From an uncultured cyanobacterium (GTDB lineage: Bacteria > Cyanobacteriota > Cyanobacteriia > Cyanobacteriales > CAWCAG01): a stretch of DNA of 64,000 bases. Positions 52,142-63,982 of the stretch are shown here, piece after piece. Both the position numbers and the translations under genes were made by a program. The DNA is taken from contig CAWCAG010000005.1 of assembly GCA_963793425.1 (NCBI GenBank), positions 224,001 through 288,000 on the forward strand. Reading direction: 5' to 3'. The notes beneath the pieces are model-generated. The model was not told the origin of the DNA, did no database searches, and was given only the letters and a program-made list of their open reading frames with translations. Numbering within the stretch: position 1 is the stretch's first letter; every line of letters begins with the position of its first letter.

Positions 52142-52675
52142 GGGTTTAAATATTTAGAAACGACCAATCTAGTTAAGATACTTCATTGCCACTACATTTT
52201 GTGTATCAAAATTTACTATTAACTTTTATAAATGTCTCTTGTCAAAGTGTAAGTTTCATATCAATAATCAAGCTGAAGCAAAGCGTGATTTTGGGAAGAT
52301 ATATTTTAGAGTTGTTGGAAAATAAATAATTTATTATTCTCAACAAAGATAGGAAAATCGAATTTCTATCTTTGTAAATCCTCCTCTAGATGTATATAGT
52401 AAAAGCTAAAAAGATTAAGTTTCAAATACTTTCTGCGGTGAAGCTTGTTGATTTGCATTAAATATTTACATGACAACTGACAGGAATAAGTTGATTCCAA
52501 ATCAAAGCAGCACAAGCAATTGACGAAAGTCGAGCTAATAATATTAGTCATCTCAAACACATTGTTAGCCGTCTAGCGGTGATTTTGGTCACAGAAAAAA
52601 GCACGAACAGATCACTATAGGAAGCAGAAATTCCCCCCTAGAATGTTTTTATACCTAATAGTTCTACTAAACGCC

Positions 52676-52870
52676 GTGAAGAGAACTCGTGCTATTCGTC
52701 AACTGGTAGAAAAAGCGCTCTATTTCAGAAGCTTAACTCCTGAAATAGAGAACGCTATCAACTCTGAATTGACTCAAACAGGCTATATTTCTGATGTGGA
52801 TTACGAAGCATTGGAACTACTAATGTCAGAGATGGATGCTGGCAGAATTAAGCTAGTACCTAGATTTTAG
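52676..52870 (+). CDS. Small hypothetical protein
   Basis: IRQLVEKAL...LTPEIE...DYEALELLM; start uncertain (GTG 52676 or ATG 52643). Confidence 0.55.
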   Translation: MKRTRAIRQLVEKALYFRSLTPEIENAINSELTQTGYISDVDYEALELLMSEMDAGRIKLVPRF

Positions 52871-52984
52871 TGATTATATACCCTAACTTATCTTGCTGTT
52901 TGGGAGTTAGTTACCAGGTTTAGGGATGTTTTTTATCCTTAAGCTGAATCAAAGTGTTAAACCCTATTTTCTAATAAACCATGA

Positions 52985-53374
52985 TTAAAAACCCTGAAAT
53001 TTAGCTTTGTGAACTTGCCAAAGCTGATTAACAAAAGAGTTGAGTTGCTGCCGTAACTGTTGCTCATCTTCATGATTTTTAGCAGGAACATCTAAGTTTT
53101 CTAACAGAGGTATAACTTCTGTATCTAAAGCCGGACGAAACAAACTTAAAGGCCAAACCAAATCAGCCGTTGAACGCAGATTATAAAGGGTTTTTTCCTG
53201 AGTATTCCAGGAATACGAACTAGTCTCAGCAGGAAAAATAGCCAATACCCAAGGGCGTACCCAGCACATTCTGCGCTGCTCAATAATTTGAATGACCTCG
53301 CTATAAAGATAAGTATTTTCATATTCTAAGCAAACGATCTGATGAGATTGGAAATTGACCTGAGATTGGTTCAT
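52985..53374 (-). CDS. Hypothetical protein downstream of rnb
   Basis: 129-aa ORF, co-oriented with rnb, normal composition. Confidence 0.7.
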   Translation of the reverse strand: MNQSQVNFQSHQIVCLEYENTYLYSEVIQIIEQRRMCWVRPWVLAIFPAETSSYSWNTQEKTLYNLRSTADLVWPLSLFRPALDTEVIPLLENLDVPAKNHEDEQQLRQQLNSFVNQLWQVHKAKFQGF

Positions 53375-53403
53375 TGAGCTTAGATTCAGTTGAAAACGAC
53401 AAA

Positions 53404-55464
53404 CTAACTAGCGGTAGCTTCTTGTTGGTGCTGTTCCATTAATTCCCTGAATTGAATTACGTCTTGACGAGGATCGGCACGGCTAACTTGAACTTCTAAG
53501 CGATCGCCTAAAGCAATAGAACGACGAAAGCGATGGGGAAGTTCTAAGCCCAAGTCTTCTAGTAAGATTAGCCCCAAATTATCATCTTCCCTTAACCACC
53601 GTAGTAACAAAGCAGGCCAAGCTTGGTCAGAATTACGACGGAGGAACTCTAAGCCCCAATAGCGATTGGTTTGGCGTTCTACTAACGTAGCTTCTTGAGC
53701 TGCACTAGTAACGCTGTAAATAAGCTCTTTCAGGGCTTCAGTAGGGAAGGGTAATGGCTCTTGGCGTAAATGAGCTTTAATTTGGAAATGAGCTAATAAA
53801 TCATTGTAGCGGCGAATCGGAGAAGTTGCTTGGGTATAGGTATCTAAGCCTAAACCAGCATGGCGTATGGGCATAGTACTAGTTTCGCTCCGGGGCATAC
53901 AACGACGTAAGGCACAAAAACGTACTGGTCCAGCAGGAAGTTGTAGTAATTCTTCTTCTGAGGGCAATTCTGGTTGAGGCTGTCCCCGATAGGGTAAAGG
54001 TAAATTATGCTTTTGACCATAATTTCCTGCCACCTCTCCTGTCAAGATCATCATCTCTGCCACTAACTGACGGGCAGGGGAATCTTCCAAAAGTTCAATG
54101 ACTATTTCATCATCTTCTTTAACCTTAATAGAAGATTCTGGCATATGAATACTAATCGAACCTTGGGCCATTCGCCAACTTTGGCGAACTCTTGCCCAGC
54201 GAGCTAAATCAGTAATTTCTGGCTCCCCTTGGATATTTAACTGGAGCATCTCATCCACATCATCGTAGGTTAAACGATAGGTTGGTTTAATGAGGCTAGC
54301 TGCGATGGTATAGTCCTGAATCCCTCCAGCTTCGTCTAGAACCACCCCAAAACTTAAGGCAGGACAAACTTGTCCTTGCACCAAACTCATTGGGCCTGTA
54401 GCTAGTTCTGGGGGAAACATAGGAATGCTACCGGTGGGGAGATAAAGGCTGGTGCTGCGCCTCCTTGCTTCTAGGTCTAATTCATCTCCTGGGGAAAGCA
54501 ACCTGGTAGGATCAGCAATATGTATCCACAGGCGTTGACTTCCATTTTCTAAGGTTTCCAAGCTTAGACCATCATCGATTTCCTTGGTACTCTCATCATC
54601 AATGGTGTAAACCTTGAAGTGAGTAAGATCGAGTCTAGTATCGGCATCGGGATCACAAGACTGAGAGAGTAGGCTGGAATTGGCCACTTCGAGTACCTTC
54701 TGAGGAAAGTGAATTGGATAAGAGCTACGGCGTAGAAACAGGTTTTCATGTTTATCCCACCAGCCTAACTCTATCAGCAATTCCAATGCCGCTTGGGGAG
54801 TTTGAGGGCGTTCTAGTTGGGCAAGTAAGTCTTGAGCGGGACGAGAAGACTGTTCAGGATGTAGTACAAGTTTTTCTAGCAGATTAAAGCGGGTGTGATC
54901 GCTTTCTACCCACTCTACCTGTTCTTTAGCTAAAGTTCTTTGTACCCTAGCTAAGAAGCCTTGTTTCTCAAGTTGTTTTTGCTGTTCAACTTCTAATTGA
55001 TGCTTGATTTCTTCAACTTGACTTTGAGAGCGAGGTTCGTAATAGTCTGCTTTCTTTTTGAAATAAACTTTATCTTCACAAAGAAGACTGTATGCCCCAT
55101 AACAATGAGCTGGAGTACGGGCAGAAAATAGCAACTGAGCCATTTCTGGTGGCGTTACTCCCGCTTTATCTTCCACTAGTAATTCCCAAGCAATTTCTAA
55201 GCTAGAAGGGTCAAGATAATTTTGTACTTCTTTAAGGAAGTTAGGTATATCATCTGGCTCATAGCCATTACCAATTTCATATTCAATTCTTTGAGGGCGA
55301 AGTTTATGAGCTTGTCCCTTTTCATCTAAAAAAAGCCAATCTTTCTTACCTTCAGGACGCTCAGCAACTGCAAGACGGCGTTCTCCGTGGAGCCGAAATT
55401 CAATTAGGGTTCCCTTGTCCACAAGCTCTGCAATTCCCCAGTATTTTCTCTTTAAACTTATCAT
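53404..55464 (-). CDS. rnb: Ribonuclease II/R family exoribonuclease
   Basis: TIDDESTKEIDDGLS, HIADP, LVAEMMI, HAGLGL..YTQATSPIRRY; true start may lie slightly downstream. Confidence 0.9.
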   Translation of the reverse strand: MISLKRKYWGIAELVDKGTLIEFRLHGERRLAVAERPEGKKDWLFLDEKGQAHKLRPQRIEYEIGNGYEPDDIPNFLKEVQNYLDPSSLEIAWELLVEDKAGVTPPEMAQLLFSARTPAHCYGAYSLLCEDKVYFKKKADYYEPRSQSQVEEIKHQLEVEQQKQLEKQGFLARVQRTLAKEQVEWVESDHTRFNLLEKLVLHPEQSSRPAQDLLAQLERPQTPQAALELLIELGWWDKHENLFLRRSSYPIHFPQKVLEVANSSLLSQSCDPDADTRLDLTHFKVYTIDDESTKEIDDGLSLETLENGSQRLWIHIADPTRLLSPGDELDLEARRRSTSLYLPTGSIPMFPPELATGPMSLVQGQVCPALSFGVVLDEAGGIQDYTIAASLIKPTYRLTYDDVDEMLQLNIQGEPEITDLARWARVRQSWRMAQGSISIHMPESSIKVKEDDEIVIELLEDSPARQLVAEMMILTGEVAGNYGQKHNLPLPYRGQPQPELPSEEELLQLPAGPVRFCALRRCMPRSETSTMPIRHAGLGLDTYTQATSPIRRYNDLLAHFQIKAHLRQEPLPFPTEALKELIYSVTSAAQEATLVERQTNRYWGLEFLRRNSDQAWPALLLRWLREDDNLGLILLEDLGLELPHRFRRSIALGDRLEVQVSRADPRQDVIQFRELMEQHQQEATAS

Positions 55465-55551
55465 CCAAGCTAGCCATGATGGAAGGGGAAGTTTGAGAAA
55501 CGGAGAATTCAGTGCGCTAGCTAATAGCTGTCAGCTATTAGCTATTAGCAA

Positions 55552-55767
55552 CTAACCTTCAATATCAATGAAAGGTAGTAAAGCAACCAGTCGCGCCCTT
55601 TTGACAGCGACAGTTAAATCTCGCTGCTGTTTTGCGGTTAGAGATGTAATGCGCCGGGGTAGAATTTTGCCCCTTTCGGTGATGAATTTTTTCAATAGTT
55701 CCACATCTTTGTAATCAATGGGATCTCCTGGTTTAATGGGAGAAAGATTTTTACGATAAAAAGCCAT
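55552..55767 (-). CDS. rpsR: 30S ribosomal protein S18
   Basis: [25 protein letters not shown]. Confidence 0.98.
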   Translation of the reverse strand: MAFYRKNLSPIKPGDPIDYKDVELLKKFITERGKILPRRITSLTAKQQRDLTVAVKRARLVALLPFIDIEG

Positions 55768-55816
55768 TTTTTCCTCTTTAAAAGTTAAAAGTTACAGTAC
55801 TTTAGCAATCGGTAAG

Positions 55817-56011
55817 TTACTTGATTTCTTTATGAACTGTATGTTGATTGCAGTGAGTGCAGAACTTTTTCAGTTCTAATCTTGCTGTAGTATTACGACG
55901 GTTTTTACTTGTCGTATAACGAGAGACACCGTTGGAACGCTTATTGTTATTAGTGCGACATTCGGTGCATTCTACGCTGATGGTGATTCTAACGCCCTTC
56001 TTACTTGCCAT
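55817..56011 (-). CDS. rpmG: 50S ribosomal protein L33 (Cys-containing)
   Basis: ECTEC...[26 protein letters not shown]. Confidence 0.98.
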   Translation of the reverse strand: MASKKGVRITISVECTECRTNNNKRSNGVSRYTTSKNRRNTTARLELKKFCTHCNQHTVHKEIK

Positions 56012-56057
56012 AATTCGAGTTCTTCCGACTCAACCAATTAAAATTAAACACAAATTT

Positions 56058-56591
56058 CTATTTTCTCACACGATATCTCACTTCAGCAAGAAGTTTTTTA
56101 ATCTGTATGTCCAGGGAGAAGCCGCGAGGAGTTTGAATCATAATAGTATCAGCTACGCGATCATGGAAAGCTTGACCTAATTCTTCGTCAGTGAAGGCTA
56201 AGGCGCAGTCTGCAACTATGGGTCCCAGAAGTAGTAACATAGTTAGACTATTAGCAAAGTTGATTTCTAAAGCAATCATCGCTAGCAAGGCACAAATTCC
56301 CAAAATCCCTTCCCGTTTAATTAGGGTAACTACTTGAGGAACTCTTTTGAAGCGAAAATCAATTACTTTAAGATCCAAAGCCCAGCCCCCTAAACTTTGA
56401 CCTTGATTACTCACAACCAGCAAAACTTTCAGACCTAGCCAAGCAAAGAGGAAAACTCCCCAGCGAATTGGCCCTACCCCCACTAAGGAACTAAGTATCC
56501 AAATTAAGACAAAATCAATTATAAAAGCCCAGGCTCTGCGATCAAAGGGAACTTTAGGAATGCGCTCGTATGGTAACTTTTCTTGGCTCAT
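56058..56591 (-). CDS. RDD family membrane protein
   Basis: RRAWAFIID, GQSLG, QAFHDRVADT. Confidence 0.85.
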   Translation of the reverse strand: MSQEKLPYERIPKVPFDRRAWAFIIDFVLIWILSSLVGVGPIRWGVFLFAWLGLKVLLVVSNQGQSLGGWALDLKVIDFRFKRVPQVVTLIKREGILGICALLAMIALEINFANSLTMLLLLGPIVADCALAFTDEELGQAFHDRVADTIMIQTPRGFSLDIQIKKLLAEVRYRVRK

Positions 56592-56707
56592 TGGTTTGGG
56601 GGACAGTTTTTGCCTAGCATATTTCTATACTACTTAAGAAAATAGGGTAATCTCAATCCCTAGAGATTTGGCTTAATATTTCCTCAAAGGAAAAAATTAA
56701 AAAACCC

Positions 56708-57727
56708 ATGACTAATCTTCAATCTTCTCAGAGTGTAGCTCAAACAAATTTCTCTTCTTCCCAGCCTGATTTATCAGTGGTAGTGCCAATTTATAATGAG
56801 GTGGAAAGCTTATCTGCTTTAATAGAAGCCGTTGCTACTGTTCTCATTGAAAATCAGCTTGTTTATGAAATAATCTGTGTAGACGATGGCTCTCAAGATG
56901 GCTCTGCCGAACTTTTAAGGGATGTGGCTAAAAGTCGTACAGATTTGAAAGCAGTGTTGTTGCGCCGCAATTACGGACAGACTCCGGCTATGGCTGCTGG
57001 CTTCCGATATGCTCAAGGTAAAGTTATTATCACCATGGATGGGGATTTACAAAATGATCCGGCAGATATTCCTCTATTGTTAAATAAATTGGCAGAAGGT
57101 TACGATTTAGTTAGTGGTTGGCGTGAAAAGAGACAAGATGCGGCACTGACTCGTCTACTTCCTTCTAAGATTGCGAATTGGATTATTGGTAGGGTTACAG
57201 GGGTTAAGCTACATGACTACGGTTGTTCCCTGAAGGCCTATCGAGCAGAATTAGTGGCAGATATGAACCTTTACGGGGAATTACATCGCTTCCTCCCTGC
57301 TTTGGCTTATATTGAAGGAGCCAAAATTGCTGAATTACCAGTACGGCATCACCCTAGGCGTTTCGGAAGCAGTAAGTATGGTTTAGGGCGTACTTTTCGG
57401 GTAGTGATGGATTTGTTAACGGTATTTTTTATGAAGAAGTTTCTTACTAAACCGATGCACGTTTTTGGTTTATTTGGTCTTCTTTCTTTGGCTTTAGGAA
57501 CTGTTTTAGGACTTTATTTAACCTTTTTGAAATTAGGTTTAGGTCAGAGTATTGGCAATAGACCTTTATTAGTTTTAGTGGTGATACTTTTGATTACTGG
57601 AGTGCAATTATTTTGTTTTGGTTTGCTAGCAGAGTTATTAATGCGTACTTATCATGAGTCCCAAAGTAGACCAATTTATCGGGTTAGGCAGGTAGTGAGT
57701 GGAGGGGAGCAGGAATTAGGAAGATAA
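56708..57727 (+). CDS. GT2 polyprenol-phosphate glycosyltransferase (ArnC-like)
   Basis: VVPIYNE, VDDGSQD, RNYGQ, MDGDLQND; two C-terminal TM helices. Confidence 0.9.
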   Translation: MTNLQSSQSVAQTNFSSSQPDLSVVVPIYNEVESLSALIEAVATVLIENQLVYEIICVDDGSQDGSAELLRDVAKSRTDLKAVLLRRNYGQTPAMAAGFRYAQGKVIITMDGDLQNDPADIPLLLNKLAEGYDLVSGWREKRQDAALTRLLPSKIANWIIGRVTGVKLHDYGCSLKAYRAELVADMNLYGELHRFLPALAYIEGAKIAELPVRHHPRRFGSSKYGLGRTFRVVMDLLTVFFMKKFLTKPMHVFGLFGLLSLALGTVLGLYLTFLKLGLGQSIGNRPLLVLVVILLITGVQLFCFGLLAELLMRTYHESQSRPIYRVRQVVSGGEQELGR

Positions 57728-57805
57728 GCAGTTTTTGCCGCTATACTTTTAGTTCTAACATGATCATCAGGAACTTATACTGCTCTCAGCTTTGAGGGTG
57801 AAATT

Positions 57806-58369
57806 ATGCAGTCTCTTATTAACTTACTCACTCCGGAAGAATACCTCCAACTAGAACAAACTAGCGAGATTCGTCATGAATACCTTGGTGGGCAGGTTTT
57901 TGCTATGTCTGGAGGTAGCAAGGAACATAATACAATTAGCCTGAATATTGCTAGTAGATTACGTTCTCATTTACGGGGTAGTTCTTGTAGTGTCTTTATG
58001 GCTGATATGAAGGTAAATATCGAATTAGCTAAGGGAAATAAAAACATATTTTACTATCCTGATGTGATAGTTAGTTGCCATCGGGATGAGCAAGACCGAT
58101 TTTGTTTAAATTATCCTTGCCTGATTATTGAGGTACTTTCACCCAGTACAGAAGCAACAGACAGACGAGAAAAACTGATTAATTACCAATCTTTAGCAAG
58201 TTTACAAGAATATGTTTTAGTTTCTCAAAAGGGAATTAAAGTAGAGGTTTATCGTCAAGATAGTGAAGGGAATTGGTCACTAACAGTTCTGGGAAAAGAT
58301 GATTCCTTACAGTTAAATTCTCTGGGTTTAACTTTGACTATGGCAGATATTTATGAGGATGTTTTTTGA
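57806..58369 (+). CDS. Uma2-family endonuclease-fold protein
   Basis: RHEY..G...AMSGGS..H, YPDV, IIEVLSPST..DR.EK, EYVLVSQ. Confidence 0.92.
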   Translation: MQSLINLLTPEEYLQLEQTSEIRHEYLGGQVFAMSGGSKEHNTISLNIASRLRSHLRGSSCSVFMADMKVNIELAKGNKNIFYYPDVIVSCHRDEQDRFCLNYPCLIIEVLSPSTEATDRREKLINYQSLASLQEYVLVSQKGIKVEVYRQDSEGNWSLTVLGKDDSLQLNSLGLTLTMADIYEDVF

Positions 58370-58416
58370 GTTTAGTGGCAGGAGAGGAAAACTCACTTTT
58401 CCTCTCCTTCTGAAGG

Positions 58417-59457
<1,041 letters not shown>

Positions 59458-59543
59458 CTATATATTGACGAGAACAGTTATTTTAATGCCCGCTAGGTGA
59501 GAGTTTATATCGTCTTTGACTAGCAACAGTATCAACAAAAAGT

Positions 59544-59945
59544 ATGAAAGTAAAACTAACTCGCAGTCAAGAACAAGTTTTTGAATTATTACAATCCCAA
59601 AAAGCAGAAATTTCTGCTCAAGAACTTTATACTCAACTACGGGCTAAAAATCATCAAATTGGTTTGGCAACTGTCTACCGAGTGCTAAAAGCGATGCACA
59701 TCCGAGGCTTGGTTCAAGCAAGGACATCAGCGGATGGAGAACTAGTGTATGCTATGGCTGGCAAGGAGAAACACTATTTGACTTGCATCAATTGCGGCAT
59801 TTCTCAACCTATTCCCCATGCTTGTCCTGTGGGTAGGTTAGAAGAGGAGTTACGCCAAACGAAAAAGTTTGATGTTTACTACCATACCTTAGAGTTTTTT
59901 GGTTTATGTTCCCTTTGTTCCCAAGAAGTTAATGTAGGTTCTTGA
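59544..59945 (+). CDS. zur: Fur-family regulator, Zur/FurB-like
   Basis: GLATVYR, CINC, CPV, YYHTLEFFGLCSLC. Confidence 0.75.
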   Translation: MKVKLTRSQEQVFELLQSQKAEISAQELYTQLRAKNHQIGLATVYRVLKAMHIRGLVQARTSADGELVYAMAGKEKHYLTCINCGISQPIPHACPVGRLEEELRQTKKFDVYYHTLEFFGLCSLCSQEVNVGS

Positions 59946-60025
59946 TTTTTGTCTTTACAATTCGTTTTGTTTGGATAAGAAAGTAAATGTTGATTGCTAA
60001 CATCTCCCCAGCTCCCCATTAATTC

Positions 60026-61060
60026 ATGTCCTTGATTAGAAAGAGAAATTTATTAACAAAAATTCCTGGGCAGCTATATCTTTGGATCGCTGTAGTTATT
60101 TTTGGCGCTTCTGGGGCCGTAACTCGTGCTTTAACTCAAATTGGAGAGCAGCATAGTGTTGATGGTAGCAACCCCATTTCTTTATGTAATGTTTTATTTG
60201 TTGGTAATCTTTGCGCTCTTTTAGTTTTAATCATAATTTCTTGGGGCAAAATTAATTGGCATTCATTTCAAGAACTACAGAAAAAAGATTGGTTAATTTT
60301 AATTTCCGTAGCTGTTTTATCTGGTGGTTTAGCTCCCGCATTTCTCTTTGATGCTTTGGGGAGAACTCAGGTTAATAACGTTATTTTAATTAGTAGAATT
60401 GAACCTCCTTTAGTATTGGCTTTGTCCATCTGGTTATTAGGAGAAAGAGTTAACAAGTGGCAAGTTAGCGGTTCTTTTGTCGCTTTGTTTGGAGTATTGA
60501 CCACAGTTTTCTATCAATCTTTACGGGAAGATATGATGAGTCCGGAGCTACTTAGCAGTTTTGGAAGAGGGGAAATTTTTACTGCTTTAGGTGCAATTGC
60601 TTCTGGAATCGCGATTGTGATTAGTAAGTTACAAAGCAATAAAATTACCTTAGTTATTAATAATCTTTTTCGTACTGCTTTAGGAACAATAGTCTTTTTT
60701 ATTTTAGCTTTGCTTCTCTACGGCAGCCATCATTTTATGCAAATATTTTCACCTTTTTTATGGCAATGGATGTTAGTTTACGGCACAGTTATTGTGGTTA
60801 TTGGGCAATCTTGTTGGTTGACAGGATTGAGAAAATCTCCAGGTTCTACGGCTTCTGTAGTTAGTTCTTTTACTCCCGTAGCTGGGATGATGGCCGCTTA
60901 CTTTATTTTAGGAGAAGCACCTACAGCAGCTCAATATTTAGGAGGAAGTATTATTATGGCAGGAATTTTTCTCGGTCAAATAGGTAATTTCAGAAAGTCT
61001 GGTCAAGGAAAAAACTCTCAGCAAGAAGCGGAAAAGAATGTTGGTTTTAAAGGGATTTGA
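60026..61060 (+). CDS. EamA/DMT family transporter
   Basis: About ten TM helices in two repeats; LLGERV and ILGEAP motifs. Confidence 0.85.
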   Translation: MSLIRKRNLLTKIPGQLYLWIAVVIFGASGAVTRALTQIGEQHSVDGSNPISLCNVLFVGNLCALLVLIIISWGKINWHSFQELQKKDWLILISVAVLSGGLAPAFLFDALGRTQVNNVILISRIEPPLVLALSIWLLGERVNKWQVSGSFVALFGVLTTVFYQSLREDMMSPELLSSFGRGEIFTALGAIASGIAIVISKLQSNKITLVINNLFRTALGTIVFFILALLLYGSHHFMQIFSPFLWQWMLVYGTVIVVIGQSCWLTGLRKSPGSTASVVSSFTPVAGMMAAYFILGEAPTAAQYLGGSIIMAGIFLGQIGNFRKSGQGKNSQQEAEKNVGFKGI

Positions 61061-61085
61061 TTAATAGGTGATAGAGTTGTTTTGT

Positions 61086-63092
61086 CTAATTTTCTCCCTG
61101 CTTAACAACCAAATTTTGAAATTCGACATTTGTCCGTAGGTTATCAAGGTTACGATCATTTTCTGCCATCATTTGGTATTTATCACAATTTAACTTTAAA
61201 GCTTGTTGCAAATCTTTTAAAGCAGGTTCAATTTTGTTGAGTAAAGCATAAATACCTGCGCGATTATAGAGGATTGCAGCATTATTCGGTTGGAGTTTTA
61301 ACGCCCGATTATAAGAAGCGATCGCCGCTTCTAATTTACCTAGCTTTTTTAACAAAATACCGCGATTATGCCAAGCTTCTGCTAGTTGAGGTTTGATAGC
61401 TAAAGCTTTGTTATAGGATGCGATCGCCGCTTCAATTTTACCTAGCCCCCGTAGAGCAATACCCCGATTGTACCAAGCTTTGTGTAGCAGAGGCTCTAGT
61501 TGCAAAGCCTGATCAAAAGAAGCTACAGCCTCAGAAAACTTAGTTAATTTCCTTAAAGCAATACCACGATTATTCCAAACTTCGTAAGCTTCTGGCTTAA
61601 TTTTTAAAGCTTGATCATAAGAAGCGATCGCTTCTGCGTAGCGTTCTAATTTTCGGAGAATAATGCCCCGGTTGTACCAAGCAATGAAGAGTTGCGGGGT
61701 AATTTTGGTTGCTTTTTCAAAAGTAGTTAAAGCTTCTTCTTGGTAATTTAAGTTGCTTAGCTTCACCCCAAAGTTAAGTAAATAGGTCAGCATTTTCTGA
61801 GGATGTTTTTCGGTAACTTCTAAAACCACTTTCGTCAAACCGATCAGATAATCTTCTGCTTTAACCTGATTCCCTTTCGATTCAATTTGTCCATCTCTAG
61901 GAGTAAGAATACGTTCTGATTCAATCAAATAATCGAGGGTGCGATGAAAAGTGTAGCGTTGCCAAAGCTTAGAGTTTTCCTTACTCATTAATAGAGCAGT
62001 CGGTTCCACCAAAAAATGCTGTAATGGTAAATTAAATTGCTCTAACAAATCTATAGCATCGTAAATATAAATAGCCAAGGGATATTTATTAATTGCTTCT
62101 TCATAACGCTTATGCCAAGTGGTTTTTAATGTATCTCGATAATTATCTATTGTTAAGGGTAAATGGCGGCTTTTTAAGTTACGCAAATTTTCTACAATAT
62201 TACGAAAAGTGCAATCATTTCTCCTAGCTATTTGAGGATAATCTTCTGTTTTGGCAGAAATGTTGCTTTGATTTACCGTAGCCTGCAATAATTTAATTAC
62301 CGCTTCATCTTCCGGTTCTGGTAATTCATAAACTGTAAAACGCTGCCACAACTGGGGATATTTTTCCCATTGCAACTTTTCCCAAGCACTGGGTTCCCCT
62401 GGATAATCTGGTTGTTTCTCGTTTCTGGCTGTAGCAACGATACGAATTTCTCCACTGCCACAAAACTTTTCGTATGCTTCTAAGGCCCGTAATAAACGCA
62501 ACTGTAAAGGTACATTCAAAGGTTCTAAAGGAGATTTTTCTGCCCTAGGAGATAACTCATCTTCTCCGAAATACATCCGTTGATTCAAGTCATCAAGGAA
62601 AAACAACAACTTACGATTAGTACCAATTTCTCCTAACTGTTCCCGCGTTGGTACATCTAACCATTCCCCTAACTTAGGATACAAAATAGTCCAACCATTA
62701 CTACTATAAAGTTGAGCTAATTCCGCAGCTTCGCGGGTTTTTCCTACCCCAGTTCTGGCTATAATTAATAACCAGCGCTCTGCTTCTAATTGCCCTTCTA
62801 ATTCCTCTTGTATATCTCGCCCAGCAAGGCGATTTTGGTAAGGAATACGGGCATCAGCTAAAGAATCTTTTTCTTCTCCTCCTACCAATTGGGCTAAAAT
62901 ACTTTTTCTAGGGGAAATAATTTCAAAAGGATAACGGTTAGGGGGAAGCAAGCGATCGCGATTCTGTTGTCTAAGCCACCAAATTAACCCCAAAGTACCA
63001 GGAAGGACTACGGGAACAGTTCCAGAAAGAAGATTATTAATAAGATCCTGGTTATTTTGGTAAATGCCGCCAATTTGTTGCCAGTAAGACAT
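61086..63092 (-). CDS. Membrane-anchored P-loop NTPase with C-terminal TPR array
   Basis: N-terminal hydrophobic segment; ARTGVGKT Walker A, LFFLDD Walker B; several 34-aa WYNRG..L..L...EAIASY..AL repeats. Confidence 0.8.
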   Translation of the reverse strand: MSYWQQIGGIYQNNQDLINNLLSGTVPVVLPGTLGLIWWLRQQNRDRLLPPNRYPFEIISPRKSILAQLVGGEEKDSLADARIPYQNRLAGRDIQEELEGQLEAERWLLIIARTGVGKTREAAELAQLYSSNGWTILYPKLGEWLDVPTREQLGEIGTNRKLLFFLDDLNQRMYFGEDELSPRAEKSPLEPLNVPLQLRLLRALEAYEKFCGSGEIRIVATARNEKQPDYPGEPSAWEKLQWEKYPQLWQRFTVYELPEPEDEAVIKLLQATVNQSNISAKTEDYPQIARRNDCTFRNIVENLRNLKSRHLPLTIDNYRDTLKTTWHKRYEEAINKYPLAIYIYDAIDLLEQFNLPLQHFLVEPTALLMSKENSKLWQRYTFHRTLDYLIESERILTPRDGQIESKGNQVKAEDYLIGLTKVVLEVTEKHPQKMLTYLLNFGVKLSNLNYQEEALTTFEKATKITPQLFIAWYNRGIILRKLERYAEAIASYDQALKIKPEAYEVWNNRGIALRKLTKFSEAVASFDQALQLEPLLHKAWYNRGIALRGLGKIEAAIASYNKALAIKPQLAEAWHNRGILLKKLGKLEAAIASYNRALKLQPNNAAILYNRAGIYALLNKIEPALKDLQQALKLNCDKYQMMAENDRNLDNLRTNVEFQNLVVKQGEN

Positions 63093-63115
63093 AATCTAAC
63101 GAAAATCGTTGAGGG

Positions 63116-63982
63116 TCAAGAACTAAAAGCTGCTGCATAATCATTGGCAAACTGCTCAAAAGTACGGGGTTGTTTACCTGTAACTTCCTCTACAATAGGA
63201 GTAATAGTTGAGTAATTACCAGCTTTTTGTCTGTTATATAATCTGAGTATCATCTCTACTTGTTTTTCAGGTAAACCATTTTCTGTCATCGCTTCACGGG
63301 CAGCTTCTTCAGGAATATCTACGTAGGTAATAGTTCTACCTAAAACCTGGGAAAGGATCTCTGCAATTTGATAATTACTCAAAGCTTGGGAACCAGTGAT
63401 TTGATAAGCTTTATTTTGATGATTATCTTCTGTTAAAACCACCGCCGCAACTTCAGCTACATCCCTAATATCAATAAAGCTAAGTTTCCCTTCTCCTAAT
63501 GGCAAATAAAAAGAATTTTGATTCTTAATAGTTTCTGCTGTGTAAATCAGATAATTTTGATGAAAGGAATTAGGGCGCAGGAAGGTATAAGGAATTCCTG
63601 AAGCAGCAATGAGTTGTTCAGATTCTCGGTGACATTGCCCTAAAAGCATTTCTGGTTCTGTATCTGCCCCCATAACAGAAAGTTTAACAATTTGTTTCAC
63701 CCCAGCTTTTTTGGCTGCCTCTAAGCAAGTAGCATCTAATTCTACCAAGTTAGGAGCTAAAGGAGTCATGAAAAAGGCTTTATCTACACCTCGGAAAGCA
63801 GCTTCTACTGTTTCTGGCTTATTAAGATCAAATTCTACTACTTCTACCCCGGAAGGGAAATTTTGAGCGCGATTGAGATTACGAACTGCTGCACGAATAT
63901 TAACATCTTTAGCTGCTAGTTGTTTAACAACTTGAGAGCCGACATTACTAGTGGCTGCGGTAACTAAAATTGTCTCTGGCAT
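63116..63982 (-). CDS. NmrA-family NAD(P)-binding oxidoreductase
   Basis: ILVTAATSNVGS, LRPNSF, IDIRDVA. Confidence 0.88.
   Translation of the reverse strand: MPETILVTAATSNVGSQVVKQLAAKDVNIRAAVRNLNRAQNFPSGVEVVEFDLNKPETVEAAFRGVDKAFFMTPLAPNLVELDATCLEAAKKAGVKQIVKLSVMGADTEPEMLLGQCHRESEQLIAASGIPYTFLRPNSFHQNYLIYTAETIKNQNSFYLPLGEGKLSFIDIRDVAEVAAVVLTEDNHQNKAYQITGSQALSNYQIAEILSQVLGRTITYVDIPEEAAREAMTENGLPEKQVEMILRLYNRQKAGNYSTITPIVEEVTGKQPRTFEQFANDYAAAFSS

Noticed and set aside
52142..52642. sRNA or riboswitch in the 500-bp intergenic region (also 1081-1550)
   Set aside because: No recognisable conserved structure or terminator by eye; needs an Rfam/Infernal search or RNA-seq.
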